DNA from: Candidatus Parvarchaeota archaeon
GTDB taxonomy: Archaea; Nanobdellota; Nanobdellia; JAAOXT01
NCBI GenBank assembly: GCA_017609605.1
Contig: JAFCDO010000002.1
Coordinates: 9,369-73,368 of the forward strand
Reading direction: 5' to 3'
DNA length: 64,000 nucleotides
The notes below the pieces were generated by a model. That model did not search any database. It was not told the DNA's origin and saw only the letters and a program-made list of their open reading frames with translations. Shown piece by piece: positions 9,284 through 18,597 of the stretch. The first letter of the stretch is position 1; the number at the start of each line of letters is the position of its first letter. Both the position numbers and the translations under genes were made by a program.

Positions 9284-10110
9284 TTGGTTTCGCCCCACGT
9301 CACGCCTGCTTCTTTGACGTATTTTTTTTGTATTTTAACTTTGCTCAGTTTTTTCAGGGCTTGAAACGTTGCTTTGATAAGGTTTAATCGAGTGCTGGAC
9401 TGTCCTCTAACGTTTCCCCAAACGTCTTTGAGTCCTGCGAAACCAAGTACTTTTTTGACTTCGTCGTTCGTGTTCAAACCAATTCCTTTTGGGGCTGGTT
9501 TGAGCTCCACTACTGCTGAACTGCACTTGCCGATTATGGTGAAAGGCAGTGTATGGGGTTCTGCGCAACCGCATTCCCATGAACCGCATCCCCTGACGAT
9601 TTTTATAAGATTTTTTTTAGCGTTTTTTGTCGCTTTTTCTCTGGCAGGCACTGTTTCTCTAGCTTTTCCGAATCCTATGCCCACGTGCCCGTTGTAGTCT
9701 CCGACCACTGCGAGGGCTGAAAATGATAGTGTGCTGCCGTCTTCCGTTTTTTTTTGGGTGGTTCGGAACCTGTTTCTTTTTCCGCCGCCGAACTTTCCTT
9801 TTCTTTGTCCTAAGAGTATTAGGTCTTGCTCTAATCTTGGCACTAAGAGGTCGACGATTTCGGCTTCGCTTATAGGTTTTCCTGAATCAATTATTTGATC
9901 TATGTGAGTTATCCTGCCTTCCTTAACGGCTTTGCCTAGGATTGTTTTAGGAATCCAGGTATCCATTACTTTCTGTCTTCGTTCTTCAGGAGTTAATCTT
10001 CGGATTTCTCGCCTAAAACGTTTATTTTTTCCTCTTTGAGGACTTCCTCTTCTCGGAAAGCCTCGTCTGGAAGGATAGTTACTTCTTGTTTTTTCCACCG
10101 CTTTTTTCAC
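9280..10110 (-). CDS. rps5: 30S ribosomal protein uS5 (start uncertain)
   Basis: WIPKTILGK, VVGDYNGHVGIG, RGCGSWECGC, PAPKGIGL. Confidence 0.95.
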   Translation of the reverse strand: MKKAVEKTRSNYPSRRGFPRRGSPQRGKNKRFRREIRRLTPEERRQKVMDTWIPKTILGKAVKEGRITHIDQIIDSGKPISEAEIVDLLVPRLEQDLILLGQRKGKFGGGKRNRFRTTQKKTEDGSTLSFSALAVVGDYNGHVGIGFGKARETVPAREKATKNAKKNLIKIVRGCGSWECGCAEPHTLPFTIIGKCSSAVVELKPAPKGIGLNTNDEVKKVLGFAGLKDVWGNVRGQSSTRLNLIKATFQALKKLSKVKIQKKYVKEAGVTWGETK

Positions 10111-10603
10111 CTATAATTTTTGACTTGATTTTTTCAAAGTCTTTTTGAATATTTTCTTTTAAATGTTTCCCTGATGCCCTGTCTTCTGATGGGAAGAGTT
10201 TTTCTTTGGCTGGTACGTTGATTCCCGCGTCAATAACTCCTTTGAGTGCCGCAAATATTTTTGAGCCTTTAGTTTTTGATTGGAGTCCCATGTCAAGTAT
10301 CGTGTTGTCCAATTTTTTTTCAATCATTTTTTTGCCGAATAATAATCCTGCGAGGTACGCGGCGGGAACGTTTTTTAGGGAGTGCTTCCAACCAAGTTTT
10401 TTTAGTGCTGACGAATCCATTCCGAACACGGTTTTGTCTCCTTCTTTTTCGTAATTAACTATTTGAAGTCGGATTTTGGTAAGACTTTTTCTTATGACTA
10501 GGCGCGACTTTCTTGATTTAAGCATTTTTAAGCGTTTACCGTAGTCAGTCACGTTTTGCTTTCTTCTCTTGTATTTAGTCACGTAAACCTTGTTTATTGC
10601 CAT
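10079..10603 (-). CDS. rpl18: 50S ribosomal protein uL18
   Basis: TDYGKRLKML, RLVIRKS, NVPAAYLAG, ALKGVIDAG. Confidence 0.95.
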   Translation of the reverse strand: MAINKVYVTKYKRRKQNVTDYGKRLKMLKSRKSRLVIRKSLTKIRLQIVNYEKEGDKTVFGMDSSALKKLGWKHSLKNVPAAYLAGLLFGKKMIEKKLDNTILDMGLQSKTKGSKIFAALKGVIDAGINVPAKEKLFPSEDRASGKHLKENIQKDFEKIKSKIIGEKSGGKNKK

Positions 10604-10614
10604 TTTTTTTTTAA

Positions 10615-11070
10615 TTACTTTTTCTCCTTTGTAATGAATTTTTTAGCGTAAAGTTTTAAATGAGCTTTATTCCTGAAGAAACCTGCTTTGGCTTTTAAGT
10701 ATAATTCCCTGTAATTTTTTGTGTTGAGCAGCTCAATTTCTTTGAGTTTTTTCAGGAATCTTCTTTGAATCCTTATCTTGTTCATCCAGGCCTTTTTTTT
10801 GGGGGTTCTAGCTTTTTTAGCTCCTTTTCTTGTTCCTACCCCTGTTCTTCTGCCTTTTTTTTTCTTTTTTTGGGTTTCTCTGGTCCTGCCCCTGCTTTGA
10901 CCAACAATTTTTTTCTTTTTAATCCACTTTTTTTGTATGTAAACGCGAATGTCTGCTTTGGTTATGCCTTCTTTTATTTCTGGCAGTTTTTCAGGATCCA
11001 TCCAAATCTTATTCTCACCAACTTTGAGTATCTGTGCCGCCATCCTTCGTTGCAAGTCTAATCTTTTCAT
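10615..11070 (-). CDS. rpl19e: 50S ribosomal protein L19e
   Basis: LQRRMAAQILKVG, GTRKGAKKAR, WMNKIRIQR, LYLKAKAG. Confidence 0.96.
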   Translation of the reverse strand: MKRLDLQRRMAAQILKVGENKIWMDPEKLPEIKEGITKADIRVYIQKKWIKKKKIVGQSRGRTRETQKKKKKGRRTGVGTRKGAKKARTPKKKAWMNKIRIQRRFLKKLKEIELLNTKNYRELYLKAKAGFFRNKAHLKLYAKKFITKEKK

Positions 11071-11570
11071 TTCTTTTTCAAAGTTCCTTTAACAGTTTTT
11101 TTGGTCGGCGCTTTCTTTTCTTCACCTATTTTTTTCACGGTTTCTTCTTTTTTCTCCTCTTTCTTTTTAGGTTTCTCTTTTGCAAGTTCTTTTTTCTTGC
11201 GCGCTTTTTTGATTTTGACAGTTTTTTCCAAGTATTTTTTGGGGTTCCTGACGTTGAGTATTTTTATCTTGTTTTTCACGCAGTGTTGAACGATTTCTCT
11301 TTTCTTTTTCGCTCCCACTTTTCCTATTTTCACTGTTTTCAGTTCGCCAACATCTTTTATTCTTTTGACCAGGTTTTCCACGTGTTCTGAGGGGTGTAGT
11401 CCTCGGGTCTTTTTTGGCGCTCCAAATCCGGGGTTTGGGTGTTTGGGTTTTTGTTTTTCTTTTCTTCTGAGTTTAGAAGCCCATCCTCTTGGTTTGCGCC
11501 AGTTCTTACTGACCTTTTTTCTTTTGAACGCTTCTTCTCTCATGAATCTTGGCTTTTTTCTCGGGTTCAT
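11067..11570 (-). CDS. rpl32e: 50S ribosomal protein L32e with Lys/Glu-rich tail
   Basis: KKPRFMR, WRKPRG, RGLHPS, VGAKKK. Confidence 0.94.
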   Translation of the reverse strand: MNPRKKPRFMREEAFKRKKVSKNWRKPRGWASKLRRKEKQKPKHPNPGFGAPKKTRGLHPSEHVENLVKRIKDVGELKTVKIGKVGAKKKREIVQHCVKNKIKILNVRNPKKYLEKTVKIKKARKKKELAKEKPKKKEEKKEETVKKIGEEKKAPTKKTVKGTLKKK

Positions 11571-12097
11571 AATTGCCTCCCGGGTTTCTGTGTTATGTAT
11601 ATTCCGTCCATGAAAACTCGTCTGTCTTTACCCCTTATCCTGGTCGCTTTTTCTATGTTTGCCGCGGTCTGCCCTGCTTTCTCTCTGTCAGGGCTTTCAA
11701 CGATTATGTGTCCTCCCTCGACTCGAGCTTCGGCGCCTTCAACTATTCTGGCTTTCCTGTCTTTTTTTTCGCCGACGAAGTTTTTGATTATGACTTGTCC
11801 ATCCTTTACGTTCACGGACATAGGGAAGTGTGATGAAGCGATTTTGAGTTTGTAAGTGAATCCTTGTTCGGCTCCTCGAATCATGTTTTTGATGTGAGCC
11901 GCCCAAGTCTTGATCATTTTTTTCATTTTTTTCTGGTCTTTTTCTGTTTCCACGATTACAGCGTTGTTTTTTAGGAGTATTTTTAGACCAGGGTAAGAGA
12001 ATTCTCTTTTTGTTTGGCCTTTTAACCCGTTTATTTTTAGGGTTTTGTCTTCTATTGTCGCGGTGACTCCTTCTTTTAACTCAATTGTTTCAATCAT
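11567..12097 (-). CDS. rpl6: 50S ribosomal protein uL6
   Basis: HIKNMIRG, SHFPM, NFVGEK, KDRRVFMDGIY. Confidence 0.96.
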   Translation of the reverse strand: MIETIELKEGVTATIEDKTLKINGLKGQTKREFSYPGLKILLKNNAVIVETEKDQKKMKKMIKTWAAHIKNMIRGAEQGFTYKLKIASSHFPMSVNVKDGQVIIKNFVGEKKDRKARIVEGAEARVEGGHIIVESPDREKAGQTAANIEKATRIRGKDRRVFMDGIYITQKPGRQL

Positions 12098-12103
12098 TTT
12101 TTT

Positions 12104-12493
12104 TTAATATACGTACGCTACTAGCGCGCCTCCAACTTTTTTTTGTTTGGCTTCTTCTTGCGTCATGATTCCCTTTGATGTTGTGAGCATTAGGTACCCG
12201 AATCCTTTTGCGGGAAGGTATCTTTTCTCGTATTTTTCGAAGTCTTTTTTGTTGATTGGGAATCTTGGTTTGATGGACCCGCACTTGTTTATTTTTCCTA
12301 TTAGTTGCAGTTTTATCACTCCTCCTCTGCCGTTATCGATTATCTCGAATTCTCCTATGTAATTGTGTTCTTTCATGAGGTGGAGAACGTTTTTGATTAG
12401 TTTTGAAACTGGCTTTATCGTGCAATCTTTTTTTCCCACTTTTGACGCGTTGTTTATCGTTGATAATGCGTCGGATATTGTGTCTACACTCAT
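12104..12493 (-). CDS. rps8: 30S ribosomal protein uS8
   Basis: YIGEFE, INKCGSIKPRF, LTTSKGIMT. Confidence 0.97.
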   Translation of the reverse strand: MSVDTISDALSTINNASKVGKKDCTIKPVSKLIKNVLHLMKEHNYIGEFEIIDNGRGGVIKLQLIGKINKCGSIKPRFPINKKDFEKYEKRYLPAKGFGYLMLTTSKGIMTQEEAKQKKVGGALVAYVY

Positions 12494-12499
12494 TTTTTT

Positions 12500-12739
12500 T
12501 TATACCTCGTGTCCGTATTTTTTAAACCCTAGTTTTGGAGCTATTTCTTTGAAGCACTGTCTGCAAACGTGCAGCCCGTACTTGGATATGTGCCCGCCTC
12601 TCCTGCCGCAGCGCGTGCATTTTTTCAGGTTTTTTCCGAATTTTCTTTTTTTAGGCTTGTTGAATTTTAGGAATTTTTTTAGGCTGGCGGGTTTGTTCTT
12701 CAATTGTTTTAATGCTTTTCTATAGTCTTTGGCAGTCAT
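12500..12739 (-). CDS. rps14: 30S ribosomal protein uS14, N-terminally extended
   Basis: CTRCG...[13 protein letters not shown] zinc finger. Confidence 0.95.
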   Translation of the reverse strand: MTAKDYRKALKQLKNKPASLKKFLKFNKPKKRKFGKNLKKCTRCGRRGGHISKYGLHVCRQCFKEIAPKLGFKKYGHEV

Positions 12740-13239
12740 TCAATTGTCACCCCAATCTTTTTTATGAATTCTTGGGCTTCTTCTTTGGTGACGAGTTGTT
12801 TTTTCCCGATTTTGGATTTCTTGATTTTTCTTTGCGCCACCCTGTAACCCGGTTTTTTTAGGGTTACTGCGACGTCGAAACCGAATATTCCTAGTTTCGG
12901 GTTGTATTGAATTTCTTTGATATCAATGTATTCTTTTATCCCGAAGCTGAAGTTTCCTTGTTTATCAAAGTTTTTTGGTTTTAGCGTGTTGTCAACTGCT
13001 TTCAGCAGTATTTTAAGCATTTTTTCCGCGTTTTTTCCTCTTAGCGTGACTTTTGCTCCTATTTCCATGCCTGGTCTGACGTTCCACGTGGGAATTCTTT
13101 TTTTCGCTTTTGTTTTTATTACTTTGGTTCCGCTGAGTTCTTCTAGTATTTTCATCCGTTTTTCCAGCTTTTCTCCAGCTTCCCCTACCCCTATGTTTAG
13201 GGTTATCTTGTCAAGTTTTACTGTGTTCATCTTGTTCAT
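12736..13239 (-). CDS. rpl5: 50S ribosomal protein uL5
   Basis: [31 protein letters not shown]. Confidence 0.97.
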   Translation of the reverse strand: MNKMNTVKLDKITLNIGVGEAGEKLEKRMKILEELSGTKVIKTKAKKRIPTWNVRPGMEIGAKVTLRGKNAEKMLKILLKAVDNTLKPKNFDKQGNFSFGIKEYIDIKEIQYNPKLGIFGFDVAVTLKKPGYRVAQRKIKKSKIGKKQLVTKEEAQEFIKKIGVTIE

Positions 13240-13934
13240 TGTATTTTAATCACGGATTTCTTTTCGCCAAGTACTAGCACGTAGTTTTCCAGGGTTGCGT
13301 ACGTCTTGCCTTTAATGGTTTTGAGCTCTATTTTGTCGGGTTGAACTCCTTTGAATGATTGATAGTTTTCTATGGTTGCTTGTTCTCCAACGTGGTTTCC
13401 ACCGATTACGAGTACTGCAGCGCCTTTGGTGTTCTTCAGCACCTTGGTCATCTTGTTTTTTGATAGTTGGATTAAGGCGGAGTCCCCGACATCAATTTTT
13501 TCTTTGGTTATCATTACTTTGCCGTCGTGGAAAGTTATTTGGGTTTGTCCTTTTTTGATTTTGATTTTTCTGGTTGCCCTGCAAATTTTTTGGTCTGCTT
13601 CTGTTTTGCTTATTTCTATTAGCAGGTGTCTGCCTTTATTATCCAAGGTCATCCTGTAATTCTTTTTTTGTTTTTGTAAGGTTATGACGTCCATTAAGCC
13701 TATGGCTCGGTTAGCGTCTTTGACGATTTTTCCGTCAACCAGCACGTCCTTTTTTTGAAGTATGTATCTTGCTTCTCTTTTGTTTTCGGCCACCCCAAGC
13801 AAGTTTTTTAGTACTAGTGTTAGAGGGATTGCTTGTTTATTGTGAGGGCCTGGTTTCGGCCTGGCCACCCATTTGTTTTTTTTTCTAAGTATTTTCCATT
13901 GTTTTGGCGCTACCAGCGCTTTCAAATGTGCCAT
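13236..13934 (-). CDS. rps4e: 30S ribosomal protein S4e
   Basis: MAHLKALVAP, PKPGPH, GLMDVI, HDG, GGNHVG; start moved to ATG 13934. Confidence 0.95.
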   Translation of the reverse strand: MAHLKALVAPKQWKILRKKNKWVARPKPGPHNKQAIPLTLVLKNLLGVAENKREARYILQKKDVLVDGKIVKDANRAIGLMDVITLQKQKKNYRMTLDNKGRHLLIEISKTEADQKICRATRKIKIKKGQTQITFHDGKVMITKEKIDVGDSALIQLSKNKMTKVLKNTKGAAVLVIGGNHVGEQATIENYQSFKGVQPDKIELKTIKGKTYATLENYVLVLGEKKSVIKIQ

Positions 13935-13935
13935 G

Positions 13936-14316
13936 TTATTTTTTTCTCCTTTCAATTGCTCGTGAGCGTTTTTTGTCTTCGAGGTTAAGTTCTATTATCA
14001 TCAGGTTTGACGGGTCTATTGGCCGGGAGGTTTTGGTGCCGTCTTTCTTGCTTATTTTTATTTTGTCGATTAGCACTTTTCTTTTTTTGTAAAGTACTTT
14101 CTCGATTTTTCCTGTGGTTCCTTTGAAGTCCCCTATCATTATTTTGATTTTATCCCCTTTTCGCGGCGGGAAGCTTCTGGTTCCGTGTTTTTGGGCGAGG
14201 GGTTTGGATAAGTGTGCGCTCATTAGTTTTCTTGTCACATGTTCTGGCGCGTTGCGAGCGTATTTCCTTTTTTTGGTCGGCTTACCAGATTTTTTCCAGT
14301 TTTTGTTCCAATTCAT
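13936..14316 (-). CDS. rpl24: 50S ribosomal protein uL24
   Basis: MSAHLSK, RKGDKIKIMIGDFKG, IDPSNL. Confidence 0.96.
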   Translation of the reverse strand: MNWNKNWKKSGKPTKKRKYARNAPEHVTRKLMSAHLSKPLAQKHGTRSFPPRKGDKIKIMIGDFKGTTGKIEKVLYKKRKVLIDKIKISKKDGTKTSRPIDPSNLMIIELNLEDKKRSRAIERRKK

Positions 14317-14720
14317 AGTACTATCCTCGCTATTTTTCCTACTTTTGGGAATCTCTTGGCCGCTTCTTTTGCCATGGCTCCTTTAACCACGCTTCCTTGC
14401 GGTTCCCCGTGTTTAAGGTCTTTCATCATTACGCACGCGTTGTCTTCGAATTTGACTCTGGTCCCGTCAGGTCTTCTGAACTCTTTTTTTTGTCTGATTA
14501 TTACCATTGGTAACCTTTTTTTTTTGAATTCTGGCCTGCCTTTTTTTACTGCCACGATTATGATGTCTCCGACGCCTGCTGACGCGAGTCTGCCTTTGAC
14601 TTGCCCGCCACCTTTTTTCACGCCTATTATCTCTACTATTTTGGCGCCGCTGTTGTCAGCTACGATTAATCTTGCGCCGATGGGGAGTGGTTTGGTTATT
14701 TTTGCGTTAACGGGGTTCAT
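14313..14720 (-). CDS. rpl14: 50S ribosomal protein uL14
   Basis: ADNSGAK, FRRPDG, FEDNACV. Confidence 0.97.
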   Translation of the reverse strand: MNPVNAKITKPLPIGARLIVADNSGAKIVEIIGVKKGGGQVKGRLASAGVGDIIIVAVKKGRPEFKKKRLPMVIIRQKKEFRRPDGTRVKFEDNACVMMKDLKHGEPQGSVVKGAMAKEAAKRFPKVGKIARIVL

Positions 14721-14726
14721 TTTTTT

Positions 14727-15053
14727 TTATTCTTGTTTTTGCAGGACCACGAATTTTTTGGTTTTGGATATGGGTCTGGTTTCACCTATCAGGACCTTAT
14801 CTCCTTCTTTTATTTGCATGCATGGAGAGACGTGGGCGGTCACCCTTGTCTTTTTTCTCATGTATCTTTCGTATTTGGGAATCTTAACCACTCTGCTCCA
14901 AGTTATTACTGCGCTTTTATTCATTTTTGTCGACGCTACAGTGCCTTGGAAGGTTCTTCCCCTGACCTTGAGGTTCCCGTGAAAAGGGCATTTCTTGTCA
15001 GTACACTTGTCTTTTGGTGGTTTTATTCCTTGGATTCCTATATCTCGAGCCAT
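14727..15053 (-). CDS. rps17: 30S ribosomal protein uS17
   Basis: CPFHGNLKVRG, PKYERY, GETRPISKTK. Confidence 0.97.
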   Translation of the reverse strand: MARDIGIQGIKPPKDKCTDKKCPFHGNLKVRGRTFQGTVASTKMNKSAVITWSRVVKIPKYERYMRKKTRVTAHVSPCMQIKEGDKVLIGETRPISKTKKFVVLQKQE

Positions 15054-15313
15054 CTGTTTTTCACCTTGATTTTTTTTTTGATTCTTTCCTGTGGTTTGCC
15101 TTGGAGGAGTTCGCCTTTGATTTCGACGATGCTTCCGTCAGGCAGCGTTATTCGGAACGTGTTTCCTTTTTTTATAATCTTTTTTTTTGTTTTGTTTTGT
15201 TTTGTGAGCGTTATCGTGCTTTTTGTTTCGTCCGTGATCGTTCCACTGGTTTTTTCCACTATTGCTTTAAGCCCGATTAGTTCGTGCTTGACCACGTTTT
15301 TTGGGGTTATCAT
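15038..15313 (-). CDS. rnp1: Ribonuclease P protein component 1 (Rpp29)
   Basis: HELIGL, GTITDETK, GKPQERIK; ATG 15313 overlaps the SUI1 stop. Confidence 0.88.
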   Translation of the reverse strand: MITPKNVVKHELIGLKAIVEKTSGTITDETKSTITLTKQNKTKKKIIKKGNTFRITLPDGSIVEIKGELLQGKPQERIKKKIKVKNRWLEI

Positions 15314-15621
15314 ACTTCTATGCTGTCCCCTGGGAACCCGTATTCTATGAGCAGTTCTTTCATCCTGTTCACGTGGTTTCCTTGTATCATAAGCGTGTTT
15401 TTTTGTTTGTCTTCTGCGCCTCCGCAAGCGAGTTCTTTTTTAAGGTATTTTAATAGTTTTTTGGTATCCACCTCTTTTGGGTTGATGCCAGTTACTATGG
15501 TCATGAGTTTTCTGTATTTTCCTCTTTTTGTCGTAACCTTGATTTTTGTTTGTTCTTTACTTATGCTTTCACATATGCATAGTTCTTTGGGTAATCCGCA
15601 TTTTGGACAGGTTGTGTTCAT
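15310..15621 (-). CDS. sui1: Translation initiation factor SUI1 / aIF1
   Basis: CPKCGLPKELCICE, LKKELACGG, IQGNH. Confidence 0.95.
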   Translation of the reverse strand: MNTTCPKCGLPKELCICESISKEQTKIKVTTKRGKYRKLMTIVTGINPKEVDTKKLLKYLKKELACGGAEDKQKNTLMIQGNHVNRMKELLIEYGFPGDSIEV

Positions 15622-15828
15622 TTATGCTGTTTTTTTCTCCAATCTTTTTCTTGTTTGTATTCTCGCAATGGTTTTTCTGAGTTGTTTGATTTGCCCCGGG
15701 TTTTCTGGAGGTGCTCCGGAGCTTTTTTTTGTGTTGATCTTGAGTAGTTCTAATTCGATTTCTTTTTGTTTTTTATCTAGTTCTGCTATCGTCATTTTTT
15801 GAATATCTCTTTTCTTCAGGTCCGCCAT
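15622..15828 (-). CDS. rpl29: 50S ribosomal protein uL29
   Basis: ENPGQIKQLRKTIARIQT. Confidence 0.95.
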   Translation of the reverse strand: MADLKKRDIQKMTIAELDKKQKEIELELLKINTKKSSGAPPENPGQIKQLRKTIARIQTRKRLEKKTA

Positions 15829-16581
15829 TTATTTTTTGGCCTCCTTAACCTTTTTTTTCTCAACCGTTTTTTCTTTTTTAACTTCTTTTTCTTTTTTAGG
15901 TTCTGTTTTCGGTTTTTCTTCTTTTTTTACAGTTTCTTTTTGAAGTTCTTTTTTGACTTCTTCTTTAATTTCTGTTTCTTCTTCGCGGGTTGGTACTGTG
16001 ACGTCGTCTGGCATTTTGACGTGTGAGTGAAGTATCTGGACAGTAATGCCAACCACTCCTGGTCTAAGCAGGGCTACTTTGAATCCTTTATCGATTTGTG
16101 TGTCTGATACGTTCCCGCATTTTGGAAGGTATCCTCTGTAAAACCTCCAGGTTTTGGATCTTTTTCCAGGCACTTTTCCGGATATCAATATTTCGGCTCC
16201 TCTTGCCCCTGCATTGATTATGGCTTGCAATGTTCTGTGACCTATTGCTTTGAATCTCGTTTTTCCTTGTCTTATGAGCTGGTTGGCGACTTGTTCGGCA
16301 ACTACTTGCGCGTCTAGGATGGGGTCTGGAACGTCTTTTATTTCGATTTGAAGGTTGTCGAACTTGAATTCTTTGATGAGTTTTTCTTGGAGTAAGCGGA
16401 TGTTGGCTCCTTTTCTTCCGACGACGAGACCGCTCATTGCTGAATGTATGGTTAATTTGACGCCTATAGGATTTATGTGCATGTCAATTTTGCTCAACCC
16501 CACGTTGTTTAGTTCTGACGCTAGAAATTCTTGTATTTTGAGGTCTCTTTTCTTGTTTTCAATGAATTTTTTTTCAATCAT
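15829..16581 (-). CDS. rps3: 30S ribosomal protein uS3 with Lys/Glu-rich tail
   Basis: KH motif GLVVGRKGANI, GARGAEILISGK, PGVVGITV. Confidence 0.96.
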   Translation of the reverse strand: MIEKKFIENKKRDLKIQEFLASELNNVGLSKIDMHINPIGVKLTIHSAMSGLVVGRKGANIRLLQEKLIKEFKFDNLQIEIKDVPDPILDAQVVAEQVANQLIRQGKTRFKAIGHRTLQAIINAGARGAEILISGKVPGKRSKTWRFYRGYLPKCGNVSDTQIDKGFKVALLRPGVVGITVQILHSHVKMPDDVTVPTREEETEIKEEVKKELQKETVKKEEKPKTEPKKEKEVKKEKTVEKKKVKEAKK

Positions 16582-17201
16582 TTCTTGACTTCCTCTTTTT
16601 GTTTTGGTTTTTCTTTCTTCGATGGGGGTTGTGTTTTCGGAGTTTTTTCTTGTATTTTTTTAGTTTCTTCTTTTACACTTGGAGGAGACTTCGGTTTGCT
16701 TATTTCGATTTTTGCTTCTGTTTTTTTAGGTTCTGTTTTCGGTTTTTCTTCTTCTTTTCTTGTTTTCTTGGGTTTTTCCGCTTCTTGCTCTTCCACTATT
16801 ATTTCTACGTGCGCGTATTTTCCTCTTCTTCTTTCTTTACTTATTGCTCTGTGCGTGACAGCGTGCATGATTTTGAGGTAGTTTTCGTCAAGTCCTTTGT
16901 TTTGCGCGTTTGCGATTGCGTTTTGGATTACTAGTATTACGTGTTTACTTGCTTTAACGGGGTAACCCCCTGACATCATTCCTCTTCTGTGCGCCCTATC
17001 CTTGTTGTATCTTTTGTAGGGTACGGCTTCTTGCTTTTTTATGACTCTTTCTAGAGTCATGATGGCGTTCAGCACTTTTCTGTTTTTTATGTGCACGCAG
17101 ATTTCTCTAGTCACTTTGGGGCTTATCGGCAGGAACGTGCCTACTGCTTTTGCCATCGTGTTTTCATCCCATTTTTTTTGATACGAGTATTTCCACGCCA
17201 T
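16578..17201 (-). CDS. rpl22: 50S ribosomal protein uL22 with long charged tail
   Basis: ISPKVTREIC, AVPYKRY, GGYPVKAS, NAIANAQNKGL. Confidence 0.95.
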   Translation of the reverse strand: MAWKYSYQKKWDENTMAKAVGTFLPISPKVTREICVHIKNRKVLNAIMTLERVIKKQEAVPYKRYNKDRAHRRGMMSGGYPVKASKHVILVIQNAIANAQNKGLDENYLKIMHAVTHRAISKERRRGKYAHVEIIVEEQEAEKPKKTRKEEEKPKTEPKKTEAKIEISKPKSPPSVKEETKKIQEKTPKTQPPSKKEKPKQKEEVKK

Positions 17202-17218
17202 AATATTTTTTTTTTCCT

Positions 17219-17602
17219 TTACTTTATTGGTACGAACATGCTTGATCTTGTCGCGCCCACTCCTGGTGCTCCGTGCCTTATTCTTTTTCTGGTGTCCACG
17301 AATTCTCCTATGCGATGCCCAATCATTTTTGGTTTGATTTCTAAGGGCACGAATTCTTTGCCATCATGAACCCTTATCGTCTTGCCAACCATTACTGGTA
17401 GCACCACCATTTCTCTTAAGTGGGTTTTAACCGGTTTTTCTTTGGTCCGAATTTTTTTGAGCAGGTCTTTGTGCTTTGTTTTCAGCCCTCTTTTCAGGAA
17501 TCTTCTCGCGTTTGTCTTCATTAGTTTGCTTACTTGGTCCACGCTCATGTTTTGCAGTTCTTCGAGCGAGTGTCCTTTGTAAGTGAAGTCTTTAGTTTTC
17601 AT
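17219..17602 (-). CDS. rps19: 30S ribosomal protein uS19
   Basis: KTHLREMVVLP, MIGHRIGEF, GVGATRSS. Confidence 0.97.
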   Translation of the reverse strand: MKTKDFTYKGHSLEELQNMSVDQVSKLMKTNARRFLKRGLKTKHKDLLKKIRTKEKPVKTHLREMVVLPVMVGKTIRVHDGKEFVPLEIKPKMIGHRIGEFVDTRKRIRHGAPGVGATRSSMFVPIK

Positions 17603-17605
17603 TTT

Positions 17606-18325
17606 TTACTTTCTTTTCCTCCTTCCTGTTCTGCTTGGAGCTATGCTTCCCAGCTTAAGTGATGCCGTTCTTTTAACAGCTTTTTGTTTGTGACCGCTGC
17701 TTCCCCCTCCCCCTTGTGGGTGTTCGAAAGCGTTCATGGCAGTTCCTGACACGACTGGCCAGTACTTGCCTCTTCTTCTGCGAGCATAAAAGTTTTTACC
17801 TGCTTTGAGTAATGGTTTTTCTTTGAATCCTGCGCCCGCGATGCGGCCTATCATTGCCCTGCATTTCGGGTTCAGAATTTTTACTTTTTTTGATGGGAGT
17901 TGAACGAACACTTTTCCTTCTTCGTGCGAAAGTATTTTAGCGCTTGACCCGGCGCTTCTGATTAGTTTTCCGCCGTCTCCTGGTTTGAGTTCTATGTTGC
18001 ATATCCTAGTTCCTTCAGGTATTTTTTCTAATGGTATCACGTTAGCGTTTTTTATTTCAGCTTTCACTCCTGTTTGAACTTTCATTCCTACGTAAGAGCC
18101 TTCTACAGCGCATTGTAGGGTTTTCTGGCTCCCGTATTTGATTATCATAAGTGGTGACGTTCTTCCAGGGTCATTAATTATAGATACTATCCTGCCTTGG
18201 ACTTCACCGTTTTTTTCTTGGTCGTCATAAGACCTGTAACTGACTTTTCCCGCCCACCTGTGGCTGGGAGCTAGGAATCTTGGCTTTCCAGCCCCTCTTC
18301 TTTGTGTTTTAGCTCTTACCGGCAT
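17606..18325 (-). CDS. rpl2: 50S ribosomal protein uL2
   Basis: DPGRTSP, NIELKPGDGGKL, AMNAFEHPQGGG. Confidence 0.97.
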   Translation of the reverse strand: MPVRAKTQRRGAGKPRFLAPSHRWAGKVSYRSYDDQEKNGEVQGRIVSIINDPGRTSPLMIIKYGSQKTLQCAVEGSYVGMKVQTGVKAEIKNANVIPLEKIPEGTRICNIELKPGDGGKLIRSAGSSAKILSHEEGKVFVQLPSKKVKILNPKCRAMIGRIAGAGFKEKPLLKAGKNFYARRRRGKYWPVVSGTAMNAFEHPQGGGGSSGHKQKAVKRTASLKLGSIAPSRTGRRKRK

Positions 18326-18336
18326 TTAAATTGTCC

Positions 18337-18597
18337 TCATATTATTCCTAGTTTTGTGGCCACGTCCAAGGCGAACTGGTCTTTTGGTAACGTTATATAA
18401 GCTTTTTTTCTTCCTTTTCTGTCGTTAACTATTCTTACTTTGCTTGCTTTGGTTTTGAACAGTGTTTCGAAAGCTTTTTTGATTTGGTTTTTGTTTGCTT
18501 TCGAGTCCACGACGAACATGATCACGTTTTGTGATTCCATGGTTCGCACAGCTTTTTCTGTTGCCAGCGCGTATTTTAGGATTTGGAATTCGTTCAT
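18337..18597 (-). CDS. rpl23: 50S ribosomal protein uL23
   Basis: TEKA, ANKNQIK, KKAYITL. Confidence 0.96.
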   Translation of the reverse strand: MNEFQILKYALATEKAVRTMESQNVIMFVVDSKANKNQIKKAFETLFKTKASKVRIVNDRKGRKKAYITLPKDQFALDVATKLGII

